A stretch of 64,000 nucleotides of DNA from Chiloscyllium plagiosum (taxonomy: Eukaryota). Under the pieces are notes generated by a model. It was not told where the DNA came from and made no database searches. It saw only the letters and a list, made by a program, of their open reading frames with translations. Position numbers and translations under genes: made by a program. Below, in pieces: positions 1 to 13,215 of this stretch. Within the stretch, counting starts at the first letter, position 1. Each line of letters opens with the position of its first letter. Location of the stretch: the NCBI RefSeq assembly GCF_004010195.1, contig NW_025215138.1, positions 1 to 64,000 of the forward strand, in the 5' to 3' direction.

Positions 1-274
1 AATGGAAGGTGCTAGTGCTTTTTGTACACTCCTACTTTTCACCGTGTAGATGTGTGAAGGCCAGATCTTCAGCTGAAACTTCTGCTTTTGAATTGGAAAC
101 AGAACCTGGAGTGTGCAGCAGAGAGTCTTAAGTTTGGTTGAATCAGGAGGATCTTCAGTCTGTTGTACCTGGTGCTGATTCTTTGGAATAGCTGTCTAGT
201 CAGTCCAACTCTCCATTATCCTGTACCTTTCTGGCCCTGAACTATTTGAGGAAATCGCTGCGAGAAGATAATTG

Positions 275-1790
275 AATTAGAAGCCCACAGTACAGAAGAG
301 GCTCTTTGGCCCATTGAGTCTGCAGTGACACAGAAAATTTCTCTCCATTTGCATAACATTCACTTTCTAGCACTTGGCTCATAGTTTTGAATATTCATGG
401 TATTTCAAATGCTCATCCAAGTACTTTATTAAACAGTTGAGGTATCCTGCCTCAACTACACTCCCAGACAATGCATTCCAGATTCCTACCACTCCGGGTC
501 AAAAAAAAGGTATTCCCCATATCCCCTCTTAAACCACCAACCTTTCATTCGTGAGCTTATATCCTCATTTTACTGACTTTTCAACTAAGAGGGACAGCTG
601 CTTCCTATTCACCCTTTTCATGCCCTCATAACCTTATGCCTCACATGGGTTCCCTCTGTCTTCTCTGCTCAAAAAAAGACACCTGAACATATCCAGCCTC
701 TTTGTAACTAATCTACTCCATTCCTGGTAACATCCTGGTGAATCTCCTCCGCACTGGATAAGGTGCAGCTATATCCTTCCTATAGTGCAGTGACCAGAAC
801 TGCACAATATTTCAGCAGTAGCCTAACTGAAGACATATACAGCTCCAACGTTTCCTCCCAGCTCTTATAATCTATGCCATGACTAATAAAAAGCAAGTGC
901 CCCATAAGCTTTTCTAAACACCTTATTAACCCGTCCTGCTGCCTGCAGAGGTGTTCTGTGGATGAGCAGCCCTCTGATCTGTGAGCTTCCTAGTGTCCTG
1001 CGATTCATTTAATAATCCCTTGTCTTGTTGTTATTTACAAAATGCATCACCCCTCAATTATCAGAGTGAAGTTCCATCGGGCAGTGATCTGCCCTGCTGA
1101 CCAATCCATTCATATCCTCCTGTAACCTAACTCCTCCTCCCATACTGTCAAGCACCCAGCCAATCTTCCCACCCGCAAGATTTCCTTGTCGTCTTTTTTA
1201 ATATCACAAACATAAAGGGACCCAGCACTGATCCCTGTGGTGTACCACTGGACACCACTCCAGTTATACAAATAGTCTTCTCTTATCACAAAGTCACAAT
1301 GTAGATCCCATCTTGCCAAGTTACTGACTCTTAATGTTTTTATCTTTTATCGGTCTCCTTGTCAAAGGCTTTGAAATCCATATAAACTACATTAACGACA
1401 CTACGCTCATCTACACACCTGGTCTTCAGTTTACAAAATGCAATCAGATTTGTTCGACATCGCCTCTGACAAAGCCTGATCAAACCTTCCCTCTGCAAGA
1501 GGGGATTAATTCTGTTCTGAATTTTCTCTAATAGCTTCCCTACCACTGATTGTGAGGCTCCCTGCTCTGTAATTCCATGGTTTATCTCTACTGTCCTCCT
1601 TGAAAAGTGGAACCATATTAGCTGTCCTCCAGTCCTCTGGCAACTCCCCTGAGGCCAGAGAGAAATTAAAAATTTGTCAGAGCCCCTGTAACTTGCCTCC
1701 CTGCCTCCCACAACAGCCTGGAATACAGCTTTCTCAGATCTGGTGATTTGTCCACTTGTAAGCTTGCCAAAACCTTCAATATCTTCTAGC
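275..1790 (-). mobile_element. Degenerate CR1-type LINE (RT region and 3' end)
   Basis: - strand fragments such as NLIAFC...VNVVYMDFKAFDK; many stops and frameshifts. Confidence 0.8.
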
Positions 1791-2280
1791 TGACAGTCCA
1801 ACTCCTCAAGAACCCGTTCGTCCCTCTTCCTAAATTCTGATTGGAGGAGTTTGTGGAAAAGACTGAAATTGGGTTGGCAAATTGGGATGAAGTCCTTTTG
1901 AGCAAAGGTTGATGGTTTAACCTGTTTGCGACTTGATTTGAGCCTGAGAGAGAGTTTTTTAAAAGCAAATCCTATGCAGCTGAAAGATAAATCTATTTTC
2001 TATGGTTTTGTTCATGAGAGTCTCTACTTTCTAAATGCCTAGGATCAGATAACTGCTGGTTGGTCATTGCAAGGTTTTGCTATCTGGTGCAATATCTAAA
2101 GTTATCACAAACTAAATAAAGTTTCAAGCTTAGTGTTTCAAGAAAGCAGAGAATTTGTGTTGGTGGGTACAGAAGCTGATTAAAAAGGGATTCCTGTTCT
2201 ATCTAGTAATGGGTATTGGCTTTTTGGAAAACTTCTAATTTTGGTTGATTGGTCGTAGAATTGAGGAACTTCGAGGTCAA

Positions 2281-2750
2281 TTCCCGGAATGGCGGGACTA
2301 TCTTACACTGAAAGATTGGAGCGACTGGTTTTGTATACGCTTGAGTTTAGAAGACTGACAGGGAATCTGATTGAGACGTATAAGATTATTAAAGGATTGG
2401 ACACTCTGGAGACAGAAAGCATGTTTCTGCTGATTGGTGAGTCCCGAACCAGAGGACACAGTTTAAAAATCAGGGGTAGGTCACTTAGAACAGAGTTGAG
2501 CAGAAACTACTTCACCCAGAGACTGGTGGGTGTATGGAATGCTCTGCCCCAGAAGGCTATGGAGGCTAAGTCTCTGGATACTTTCAAGAAAGAGGTAGAT
2601 AGAGTTCTTAAGGATAGTGGAATCAAGGATTATGGGGATAAGGCAGGAACAGGATACTGATTGAGGATGATCAGCCATGATCATAATGAATGGTGGTGCT
2701 GGCTTGAAGGGCAGAATGGCCTACTCCTGTATCTATTGTCTATTGTCTAT
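2281..2750 (+). mobile_element. CR1/HER1-type LINE 3' fragment (in BCL6 intron)
   Basis: ORF 2289-2660 GLSYTERLERL...RTRGHSLK...FTQRLVGVWNALP, typical of the CR1 ORF2 C-terminus; (tctattg)n tail. Confidence 0.92.
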
Positions 2751-2824
2751 AAATGTGGGGAGACTGGAGAGGCTGCTGGAGTTCAGTGTAGGAAGAGCAA
2801 CAGTTTCCAGTGATAGTGGCTTAA

Positions 2825-3073
<249 letters not shown>

Positions 3074-4048
3074 TGAGGATGCTGGGGCAGAGTTAGGTGG
3101 CAATATTGGTTACTTGTCCAGGGATAGTACCTCAAACCCGGAGTTCAAATCCCACTGGAGTAAGTAATCAAACTCAACTCTGAATCTGGGGGCTATCCAA
3201 ATAGTAATTAAAATGCAGGCAATTCCTTCACTGGATGGAGTCTTGTCATTGACTCCAGAATCCAAGCTTGGGTAGACAATCTGTCATGCATTTGAAACAA
3301 TGACTCCCTCATACATGGTGAAAAGGATGGTCGATGTATCACTGACTCCCATTCCAATCTTGAAAGCAACTGCCTGCAGCTTTTTTTGAGCAGAGAGCAG
3401 GTGAGAGTCTAATCCCTTCGTCCCTGGATTTCTGGGATATTTGCCCTCAGGATATTATTGGTGGGAATGGAGGTGGTCCCTTCTGCAGTGAAATAGCAAG
3501 GGAATTTAAGATGTCAGCAGAAATGTTTTGTGGGATGGTTCTCTCTTGCACATGGGGATGATGAGATGGGAGCTTGCTGCTGCATATATGTCTGGACCTT
3601 TGTGCTCACGAATGACAGGATGTCACATGACAAATGAAAGTTGACACTCCGTGGTCTTGAAACTCCCCCATGTTTCTCAGTTACACTGAAGCGTGACTTT
3701 GATAATGAGGAATGGCAAGGTTGAAACAGCTGAACAATCACTGGTATCACCGTAGGAAAAAGTGAACAAATAAGGGAAATAATCAATGTCCCAGTCATCT
3801 GTTTGGGGGAATCATTGATGGAGAGAGAGGTGATTGTCAGCACATAGGATGGTGCCATAAGGTTTTCTACATCCTGAAAAAAGGCTCTTTTTTTAACACT
3901 TCATTGGAAAGACTGCCCCTGTGGGCCAACTCTACTGTCTTTACATAGCCCTCTCAATGTTAAACTAGATTATCAGCTTGGCTTGTGAGTTGGACCTCTG
4001 ATCTGGGATACAAACCCACTATCTTCCGAGAGGCTAGTTTTCCCTATG

Positions 4049-4137
4049 GGGTAAAAACAATGACTGCAGATGCTGGAAACCAGATTCTGGATTAGTGGTG
4101 CTGGAAGAGCACAGCAGTTCAGGCAGCTCCAAGGATC
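4049..4137. mobile_element. Short Penelope-type terminal fragment with 15-bp TSD
   Basis: Perfect flanking direct repeat CTAGTTTTCCCTATG at 4034-4048 and 4138-4152. Internal actgcagatgctgga...gctggaagagcacagcag is shared with the other short copies. Confidence 0.75.
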
Positions 4138-4270
4138 CTAGTTTTCCCTATGCCCACACTGAAACCTAGACTTTCTCAAAAATCGACAGACTCTTTTTGA
4201 GATCAATGATCAATGAGTATGAACATCAAGAATCTTTCTCATTCGCCAATTATTTCTTTTCTCTGCACAG

Positions 4271-4411
4271 TGTGAGAAATGTAATCTGCACTTTCGCCAT
4301 AAGAGCCAGTTACGACTTCACCTGCGACAGAAGCATGGAGCCATCACCAACACGAAGGCCCAGTACCGTCAGCCTGTGGAGACACAATCTGATCTCTGTC
4401 AAGCTCGCTGA
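4271..4411 (+). CDS. BCL6: BCL6-family last coding exon (final zinc finger and C-terminus)
   Basis: Acceptor tttcttttctctgcacag|, in phase with the previous exon. Encodes CEKCNLHFRHKSQLRLHLRQKHGAITNTKAQYRQPVETQSDLCQAR*, stop TGA at 4409-4411. This frame is absent from the ORF track. Confidence 0.93.
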   Translation, partial: CEKCNLHFRHKSQLRLHLRQKHGAITNTKAQYRQPVETQSDLCQAR

Positions 4412-5235
4412 GTGCTCTCAAACTTGGAACATTTGAGGAAAATTGACTTTGTTGAGGTGGTGGAATTTCTTTGAATTGTTAAGGGTTTTCATTGTCTCCA
4501 TGTGGCAAACTTTACAACAGGTGTCATCGGATAAAACTCTAACGGGTTTCTTAAGCTTGTGAAAAGAAGTGCTTGCAATTATTCTGGTTAATAGATATTG
4601 GAGTGTTTAGCTTTTAAAAGATGCCTCTCTACTCTAATATAAAGAAATGTATGAATATATATATTTTTCCTGTGCAAAGCACAGCAGAGTTGTATTATTA
4701 TATACGAGTGGGAAGGGTCGATATTTTTAACCAAAGTTTTAGCTATGGCAGTTACAGAATGATGCTTCAGACAGATTGTCTGCAGGCAGAGCACAGTCTG
4801 AACATCTTATTGCTTAAAGCACTTAAGATATTTTGTCTATTGTGAAAATTATATATGTGCTTTTGAAGTATTCTTTACAGTGGTTTCCAAAAAGTAAGGT
4901 TTACATTTGTCCAAATGCTGTATTCATTTTTCATTTGTGGTGTTCTTGTCTTGTTGACCAGAGCAGATCCATTGGTGCCTTCTACGTGCTAAAGCTGATT
5001 GTCCCAAAGGCCCTGATACTCCGACTTTTTGCACCTCCCTCATTCCTTTCCTTCCCTACCCCTTCTGTACTCCTCTCTCTTCTCCTGGATCCCTCAGTGC
5101 TCTGGGGTCACAGAGCTCCGCTGTGAGCTTCCAACACAATGTTGGCTTAAAAACAGGGCAATGATTTGAGAATTTTTATCACATACTGTACAATATAGCT
5201 GTAAGGATGTAATAAAGATATATCGCACTGTCCCA
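4412..5235 (+). other. BCL6-family 3' UTR
   Basis: Repeat-free AU-rich sequence from the stop codon to AATAAA at 5211-5216. Contains ACCAAAG (4730), AGCACTTA (4818) and GTTTACA (4899). Confidence 0.75.
5211..5216 (+). terminator. Polyadenylation signal AATAAA of the BCL6-family gene
   Basis: Canonical hexamer ~800 nt after the stop codon, followed by T/GT-rich sequence (ttcattgtctgcttctgttt). Confidence 0.7.
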
Positions 5236-5839
5236 GGTTCATTGTCTGCTTCTGTTTAGGTATGCATTTCCCCTTCCCTGCACAAGCTTTGGTTGCTCCC
5301 TATCAATTGGAGTGTCGTTTTGGGAAGGAAGCTTGCTTTTTATAAAGTCTGTGTCTACATATGACCCCAGATCCAATCCAGAACTTGATGCAGTGCTGCA
5401 GGAGTCTTTATAAAGGTACAACAAAATTGCTCAACACCTCTCCTTCAAGAAACACAAGATTCAATGTTTGGTGCAGGCCATAGTTTGGACGTAGTCTCCT
5501 ATTGATCTACAGTTCACTATAGCCAGGAACAACTTTCAGCAATTTATTGTTTTGGAGCAGTTAACAATCCAATCTAGAAAGATGTTGTCTTTAAATTGGA
5601 TAGACTCTGAGAAAGAGTCAAGTTTGGCTCACTGTGCGCCAGCGAGTGAAGTTTAGCTTGACTTCTCAGGAGTGTATTAGGTTAGATAATCAGAGGTAGG
5701 ATTTGGTGTCTGTAGAGGAACTACAAATATTAATTTGCAGAAATAGATTCCTTTAACCTGCTGTCATTGGTAACATCAAGACTGATTGATCCATATCCTT
5801 ACCTGCTCCAGATAATCAGTCACCCCCTTGTTTGCCATT

Positions 5840-6192
5840 AGATATTTGCTAGTTTAGAAGGATGAGGGGGAATCAGGTTGAAAATACGATTCTAAAAGGC
5901 TGCCTGACTGGGTGAAAGGTGGATGTTTTACACCTGCATGGAGAATCCAGAACCAGGAGCAGACTCCGATGCAGGACAATACATTTAGGACTGAGAAGGG
6001 GAAACGTCTTCAGACAGGCCAGTGAGCCTGTGGAATTCTCTACCACAGAAGGCTGAGTAGCTGAATATTCTCAGTTGTTGATTTTAAAGGCATCGAGGGC
6101 TGTAAGGAGTATGGTGCTGAGACAGAATCAGCCATGATCATGTGGCATCAGAGCAGGCTGAAAAGGGCAGAATGGACCACTATTCCTGTTTG
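5840..6192 (+). mobile_element. Old CR1 3' fragment
   Basis: tttagaaggatgaggggg, gaatccagaaccagg, tggaattctctaccacagaaggctg and tcagccatgatc motifs of CR1 3' ends. Confidence 0.75.
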
Positions 6193-6361
6193 ATGTGTTG
6201 CTGGAAAAGCGCAGCGGGTCAGGCAGCATCAAAGGAGCAGGAGAATCTGGCTTATGCCCGAAACGTCGATTCTCCTGCTCCTTTGATGCTGCCTGATCTG
6301 CGCTTTTCCAACAACACATTTTTCAGCTCTGATCTCCAGCATCTGCAGTCCTCACTTTCTC
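6193..6361. mobile_element. Short Penelope-type insertion with internal inverted repeat and 16-bp TSD
   Basis: TSD CCACTATTCCT(G/A)TTTG at 6177-6192 and 6362-6377. Inverted arms at ~6194-6248 and ~6268-6318, with the 3' half of a hammerhead motif (cccGAAACGTC) between them. Confidence 0.8.
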
Positions 6362-6984
6362 CCACTATTCCTATTTGTCATCTTCTGAAGGCAGAGCAAG
6401 AGATTTCACCTATTTGTTTTAAAAAAAAAGTCACTGATTGAAAACTGACTTCCTTGATCTGGATTCTCAGGAGGAAATGTCCTCTCTGCATCTACCCTGT
6501 CAAGATCCCTGTGGATCTTCATCGTTTCAATCAAAAGGGAAGAGTAGTTGAGAGAGGGAATGCCAAACCTGAGTAGCTGAGCCAGAGCCACCACGTGCTG
6601 GAAAGCTGCTTGAGACCTGTGTAACTTGAGGGTTGCTGAAAGTTCTAACAATCAGTGGGTATGTTAGATTACTGCATACTTGTACTGGTGCATAGGCTGA
6701 AATTACTCTAGGCTGGTGGCAAGGAAAGATCCAGCAGTGTTCTTGTTGCCAACCAAACTTATGGAACAGTTGCTCAAATGTGATGCCTCCCCGGTTGATC
6801 AGCTTAATGGTGTCGATATTGCCATTTGCTGAGTAACCTAAAGAGAAATGGTACTTGATTGCTGCTCACTGGATGTCAGGAAGCTTGTGTGAAAATATAT
6901 AAGGGGTCTCATTCAAAGCTTATCCCTGTCCTCCGTTCACACTACCAGAAGCCCTGCACTAACTCACTGAGGCACCAAAAGACT

Positions 6985-9900
6985 TGGGAGTGAAAGTAAG
7001 GCCATTCAGTCCATCAAGTCCACTCTGCTATTTAATCGTGGCTGATGGGCATTTCAACTCCACTTACCTGCACTCGCCCTGTAGTCCTTAATTCCTTGTG
7101 AGATGAAGAATTTATCAACCTCTGCCTTGAAGACATTTAATGTCCCAGCCTCCACTGCACTCTGCGGCAATGAATTCCACAGGCCCACCACTCTGGCTTA
7201 AGAAATGTTTCCTCATTTCTGTTCCAAATTGATTTGCTCTAATTCTAAAGCTATGCCTACTGGTCATTGTTTCCATTAGGCAAGGAGACAATGTCCACTC
7301 TTTCTAAGCCATGCGTTATCTTCTAAGTTTCTATTAGATCTCCCCATAACCTTCTAAACTTGAATGAATGCAATTCCAGGATCCTCAGCTGTTCTCGTAT
7401 GTTATGCCTACCATCCCAGGCATCATCTTTGTGTAACTCTGCTGGACATGCTCCAATACCAGTATGTCCTTCCTGAGGTGTGGGGCCCAAAATTGGACAC
7501 AGTATTCTAAATGGGACCTACCTAGATATTTATAAAGTCTCTGAAGCATGTTGCTGCTTTTACATTCCAACTCTTGAGATAAATGACAACATTTGCTTTC
7601 TTAATCATGGACTCAACCTGCAAGTTAACCTTTAGAGAATCCTGGACGAGCACTCTCAGGTCCCTTTGTACTTTATGAATTTTCTCACTGTTTAGAAAAT
7701 AGTCCGTGCCTGTATTATTTTTTCCAAAGTACAAGACTTTGCATTTGCTCATGTTGAATTTCATCAGCCATTTCCTGGACCACTCTCCTAAACTGTCTAA
7801 ATCTTTCTGCAGCCTCCCCACCTCCTCAGAACTACCTGCTTATCTACCTAACTTCATATCATCGGCAAACTTCACCAGAATACCCCCAGTTCTTTCATCC
7901 AGATCATTAATCTGTAAAGTGAACAGCTGCGGCACCAACACTGAACCTGTGGGACACCACTTGTCACTAGCTGCCATTCTGAGAAAGAGACGTTTATCCC
8001 ACCTCTCTGCCTTCTGTCAGACAGCCAATCCTCAATCCATGCCAGTAGCTCAGCTTACTCAGCAGCCTCCAGTGACACACCTTATCGAAGGCCTTTTGGA
8101 AGTCTAGATAGATAACATCCACAGGGTTTCCCTGGTCTAACCTACTTGTTACCTCTTCAAAGAATTTTAACAGGTTTTTTCAGGCATGACTTCCCCTTAC
8201 TAAATCCATGCTGACTTGTTCTAATCCAACCCTAACACTTACAAGAGCTTAGAAATCTCATCCTTAATGATGGATTCTAGAATTTTACCAACAACGGAAG
8301 TTAGGCTAATCGGCCTAAAGTTTTCCATCTTTTGTCTTGATCCTTTCTTGAACAAAGAGGTTACACAGCAATTTTCCAATCATCTGGGACTTTTCCTGAC
8401 TTCAGTGACTTTTGAAAGATCACAACCAATGCTTCTGCTATTTCCTCAGCCACCTCCCTTAGAACTCTAGGATGTAGTCCAGTGGGGCCAGGAGGTTTAT
8501 CAATATTTAGACCTTTTAGCTTTTGTAATGGCTAACATACTCAACTCTGCCCCCTGACTTTCCTTAATTGTTGGGGTGTTACTGATGTCTTCCACTGTTA
8601 AGACTGACACAAAGTACTTATTAAGTTCTTCAGCTATTTCCTTATCTCCCATCACTAGCCTTCCTGCATCAATTTGGAGCGGCCCAATATATACTTTTGC
8701 CTCTCATTTGTTTTGTATGTATTGAAAGAAACTTTTACTATAATTTCTAATATTACTGGCTAGCCTACCTTTATATTTGTTTCTCTCCTTCCTTATTTCT
8801 CTCTTTATTAGCTTCTGTTTGTTTTTGTAGTCTTCCCAACCTTCTGATTTCCCAGTGTTCTTGGCCACTTTATAGGCTCTCTCTTTTTCTTTGATACATT
8901 TCTTGACTTCCTTTGTCAGCCATAGCTGTTTAACCCCCTCCACCACACACACACACACACACACACACACCCCACTGGATAATCTTTCTTTTGTTTGGGA
9001 TGAACTCTGTACTGTGTCCTCAATTACACTCAGAAACTTCTGCCATTGTTGCTCTTCTGCCTTCCCCGCTAGGCTCTACTTCCAGTCAATTTTCTTCAGA
9101 TCCCCTCTCATGGTCCTGTAATTACCTTTATTTAACTGTAACACCATTACATCCGATTTTCTCTCCTTCAAACTGCTGGCTGAACTCTACCATATTATGA
9201 TCACTGCCTCCTAAGCGCTCCCTTACTTTAAGAACTTTCATAACGTCTGGCTCATGACATAGCAGTAAGTCCACAATAGCCTGCTCCCATGTGGGCTTCC
9301 TCACAAGTTGTTCCAAGAAGCCATCCTGTAAGCATTCCATGAATTCCCTTTCTTTGGATCCACCGGTAACATGATTCACCCAGTTCACCTGCATAATGAA
9401 GTCCCCCATGATCACCGTGATCTTGCTTTTCTGACATGCCCTAACTATTTCCTGGTACGTCTTGCACCTCTGGTCCTGACCACTGTTAGGAGCTTTGTAC
9501 ATAACTCCCATTATGGTTTTTTTCTGTCTTTTGTGGTTCTTCAACTCCACCCACACAGACTCACATCATCTGATCCATGTCATTCAGTGCCATAGATTTA
9601 AATATATTCTTAACTAACAAAGCAATTCCACCCGCTCTGCCCACCTCCCTGTCTTTTCGATAAGTTGTAAATCCTCGGATGTTTAACTGCCAGTCGTGAA
9701 CCCCCTACAACCATGTCTCTGTGGTGCCTACCACATCATAATCATTCATGATGATTTGTGCCGTTAATCATCTACTTTGTTACGAATACTACGAGCATTC
9801 AGGTAAAGTACCATAATGCTAACTTTCTTATCATTATTAGAATAAGATATCCTAAGTTATCCTTCCTTCCTTGTTGCATTCCTAGTCTACCTCTAGCTTA

Positions 9901-11160
9901 AACCCACCTGCACGCATCCTATCCTGCTGCTTACCTTTCCATTTAACTCCATACTCCTTGTCGCTTTCACTCCCCACCCCCCCAACCCCCCGAATCAGAA
10001 GTTTAGAGTCCTACTGACCACCCTATTTATCCTTTTCACTAGAACATTGGTTCCAGATCGGTTCAGGTGGAGACCACCCCAACGGCACAGATCCCCCCAG
10101 ATCCAGAACTGATACTAATGCCCCATGAAATGGAATCCCTGTCTCCCACACCAAGCCCTTAGCCACATGTTTACTTCCCTAACCTTCTCATCCCTATACC
10201 AATTGGGCAGTAATCTGGAGATTATGACCCTTGAGGGGTCATAATTTCCTTCCTAGTGCTTGGTAATCCCCAAACAGATCCTCCACCCTGCCTTTGCCCA
10301 TGTTGTTAGTCCAAACGTGGACCACAACAACTGAATCCTCCCCCTCCAATATCCTTTCAAGCCAGTCAGAGATGTCCTGCACCCTGGCACCAGGCAGGCA
10401 ACACACCATGCGGGATTCCCGATCAGCTTCCATAGGATACTATCTAATCCCCTATAATTAACCCTTTTTTTTTGCTCCCTCCCTTGAATGGCCTTCTGCA
10501 CCATGGTGCCGTGGTCAGCTGGCTCATCCTGTCCACAGCCCTTTCCCTCATCCGTACAGGGAGCCAGAATTTCATATCTGTTGGACAAGGTCAAGGGCTG
10601 AGGCTCCTGCACTCCTGAACTCAGAATCCCCCTACCTGCCTCACTTACAGTCACACTCTGTTGTCCCTGAACACTTACTCAATTTGAATTCCTTAATCTA
10701 CCGGGTGTGACTACCTCCTGAGACAAAGCGTCCAGGTAACTCTTCCCCCTCCCGGATGTGCCGCAGAGTTTAAAGCTCAGATTTGAGATCATCAGTTCTG
10801 ATCCAGAGTTCTTCAGGCAACCAACACTTGCTGCAGATGTGGTCACTGCCATTCACCATGGGATTAACCAGCTCCCAGATCATACAGCTACAACACATCA
10901 CCTGTCCAGCCATAAGTACTTATTTAATTAACTTTTACAATTTATGTATTAAATAATTTCTAGTAGTTCTCTGTTATGGTCTTATTCAAATAACCAATTA
11001 GAACACACCTACTTAAATAGCAATCACTTGCCTTCCCAACAGCCTCCCTGCTCTGCCCTCACTTCTGCCCAGCCCCCATCGTGCTCTGCTGTAAAAAAAG
11101 ACCGTTGGCTTTGAGGTAAGCTCCTCCAACAGTTTCTAAACACAGCACCTCTACTTCCTA
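6985..11160 (-). mobile_element. Near full-length but inactivated CR1 LINE (ORF1 zinc finger/esterase; ORF2 APE endonuclease and RT)
   Basis: - strand: Cys-rich CCSCMIWEL...HICSKCW (~10820-10900), esterase-like CCLPGARVQDI...VVVVHVWTNN, endonuclease VIMGDF...GGSDHNMV, and RT/C-terminal HLEYCVQFWAP; multiple stops. Confidence 0.92.
8943..8970. repeat. (CA)n microsatellite inside the CR1
   Basis: Direct reading of the sequence. Confidence 0.95.
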
Positions 11161-11357
11161 AAAGAACAAAGGTGGCAAAGAAATGGGATCACCATCATTT
11201 TGAAATTCCCCTCTAAGCCACTACCACCCTGACTTTCTAATATACTGCTGTTCCTTTAGTGTTGCTGGTTCACAATCCCAGAACTCCCTCTGCATCAGCA
11301 TTGTAGGTATTTCTAAATCTCAGTGTGCTCAGCTTGAAGAAGGCAGCTCACTCCCAG

Positions 11358-11517
11358 GAGAAAGTGAGGACTCCAGATGCTGGAGATCAGAGTCAAGAGA
11401 GTGGTGCTTGAAAAGCACAGCAGGTCAGGCAGCATCTGAGGAGCAGTAGAATTGATGTTTTGGGCATAAGCTGATGTCCAAAATGTTGATTCTCTTGCTC
11501 CTCGGATGCTGCCTGAC
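11358..11517. mobile_element. Short Penelope-type insertion with inverted repeat and 14-bp TSD
   Basis: TSD CAGCTCACT(C/A)CCAG at 11344-11357 and 11518-11531. ggtcaggcagcatc...gaggagc and its inverted copy gctcctcggatgctgcctgacc. Confidence 0.78.
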
Positions 11518-11789
11518 CAGCTCACTACCAGCACCATTAGGGGCAATTAGGGATGGGTAATAAATGCTGGCACCCATTAATGACCATATCCCATGAAAGA
11601 ATAGATAACTTCCACAAAGAAACTGAGCATGTCACTAGATTCTGGCCTATGACTCACCAAAGTGATCAGAGTTCATTGATTTTCAACCAGTGGTTGAAAT
11701 GTGGCAGTTACACAGTTGAAGTGGTCTTTTTCTTGAGGTAAGATCTTGCATATCAATAGATTCTACACCATCTGGGCAGAGGGACCTGG

Positions 11790-12030
11790 AGACTCATGGA
11801 TCTGTTTTTTTTTTAACATGGATGACATTATGGGAGAATGCGAGCTAAACATGTAGGAACTTGGCATCATAAATCGAGAGATTGAGTACAAAAGCTGGGA
11901 AGCTCTGTTGAACCTGTATAAACCACTGGTTATATCAGAAGTGAATAAATGCATCCAGTTCTGATCACCAAAACGTCAGGAAGAAAGTGAGGGTGCAGAG
12001 TGGATATACAGGGATGAAAGACTTCAGATA
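11790..12030 (+). mobile_element. Old CR1 fragment, apparently continued at ~19540-19900
   Basis: attgagtacaaaagc...ctgtataaaccactggtt...agggatgaaagacttcag; the expected next CR1 segment (aggttgaagaagttaggcttgttctc) resumes at ~19542. Confidence 0.65.
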
Positions 12031-13215
12031 CAGCTTGGTGTTATGACCATAACTGTTGGTAATATTGAACAAGCCAAATCCAGAATAAAACCGAGTTTGA
12101 GAGATAAGTTTATTTTTTTTACAGTTGGTTAATGTGATTAATCACTGAAACATTAACATCAGGCTGCTGAGTCTTTCACAACAGAACGTAAATTTATTAC
12201 ACCAAACAAACAGAAAGCCATATATGACAGTAAAGGAAGATTTTAAACAAAGAGCAACACAAGGTTTCAGCCTTTTTCCCAACTGTAACCTTTTACTGAT
12301 ACTCAATTCCAGAGAGATATCACTCCTTGCTCAACATTTATTTCTTAGCTGTAAACTGTTCTCCATCATTCGGTAGAAAAGGGCACATGCTGATGATACA
12401 CTAAAATAACAGTTTTGTTCCTTGGTCCAAAAGCCTTATGGGTATTATTTGTGGCATATCTCATGGACTCCTCATCCAGTCACAATTGCAAGAATACATA
12501 GCAGATGTTCAGTTCGTGAAGGACAGACCCTTGGCCAGTTTTGTGTACAAGTCCTCTATGCGAGGGATTGGATATTTATCCAGCTGCGAGAGCAGGTTAC
12601 TGGCGTTTGCTTAAAATCCCCACAAAGGCGAACCAACCCGTCAGACTTCACAATCGATATGCCCGATGCTGCCTATTCTGCAAACTGGACTGGTTTGATG
12701 ATTCTTTTGCTTTCCAGTGTTCTGATTTATAGAGTCATAGAGATGTACAGCATAGAAACAGACCTTTCAGTCCAACCGGTCCATGCCAACCAGATATCAC
12801 AACCCAATCTAGTCCCACCTGCCAGCGCCCGGCCCATATCCCTCCAAATCCTTCCTATTCATATACCCATCCAGATGCCTTTTAAATGTTGTAATTGTAC
12901 CAGCCTCCACCACTTCCTCTGGCAGCTCATTCCATGCACGTACTACCCTCTGTGTGAAAACGTTGCCCCTTAGGTCTCTTTTATATCTTTCCCCTCTCAC
13001 CCTAAACCTATGCCCTCTAGTTCTGGAGTCCCCAACCCCAGGTAAAAGACTTTGTCTATTTATCCTATCCATGCCCCTCAATTTTGTAAACCTCTATAAG
13101 GTCACCCCTCAGCCTCCGACACTCCAGGTAAAAAACCCCAGCCTGTTCAAACTCTCCCTATATCTCAAATCCTCCAACCCTGGTAACATCCTTGTAAATC
13201 TTTTCTGAACCCTTT

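Noticed and set aside
4197..4436. ORF-track 79-aa ORF MRSMINE...
   Set aside because: Out-of-frame overlap of the BCL6 last exon.
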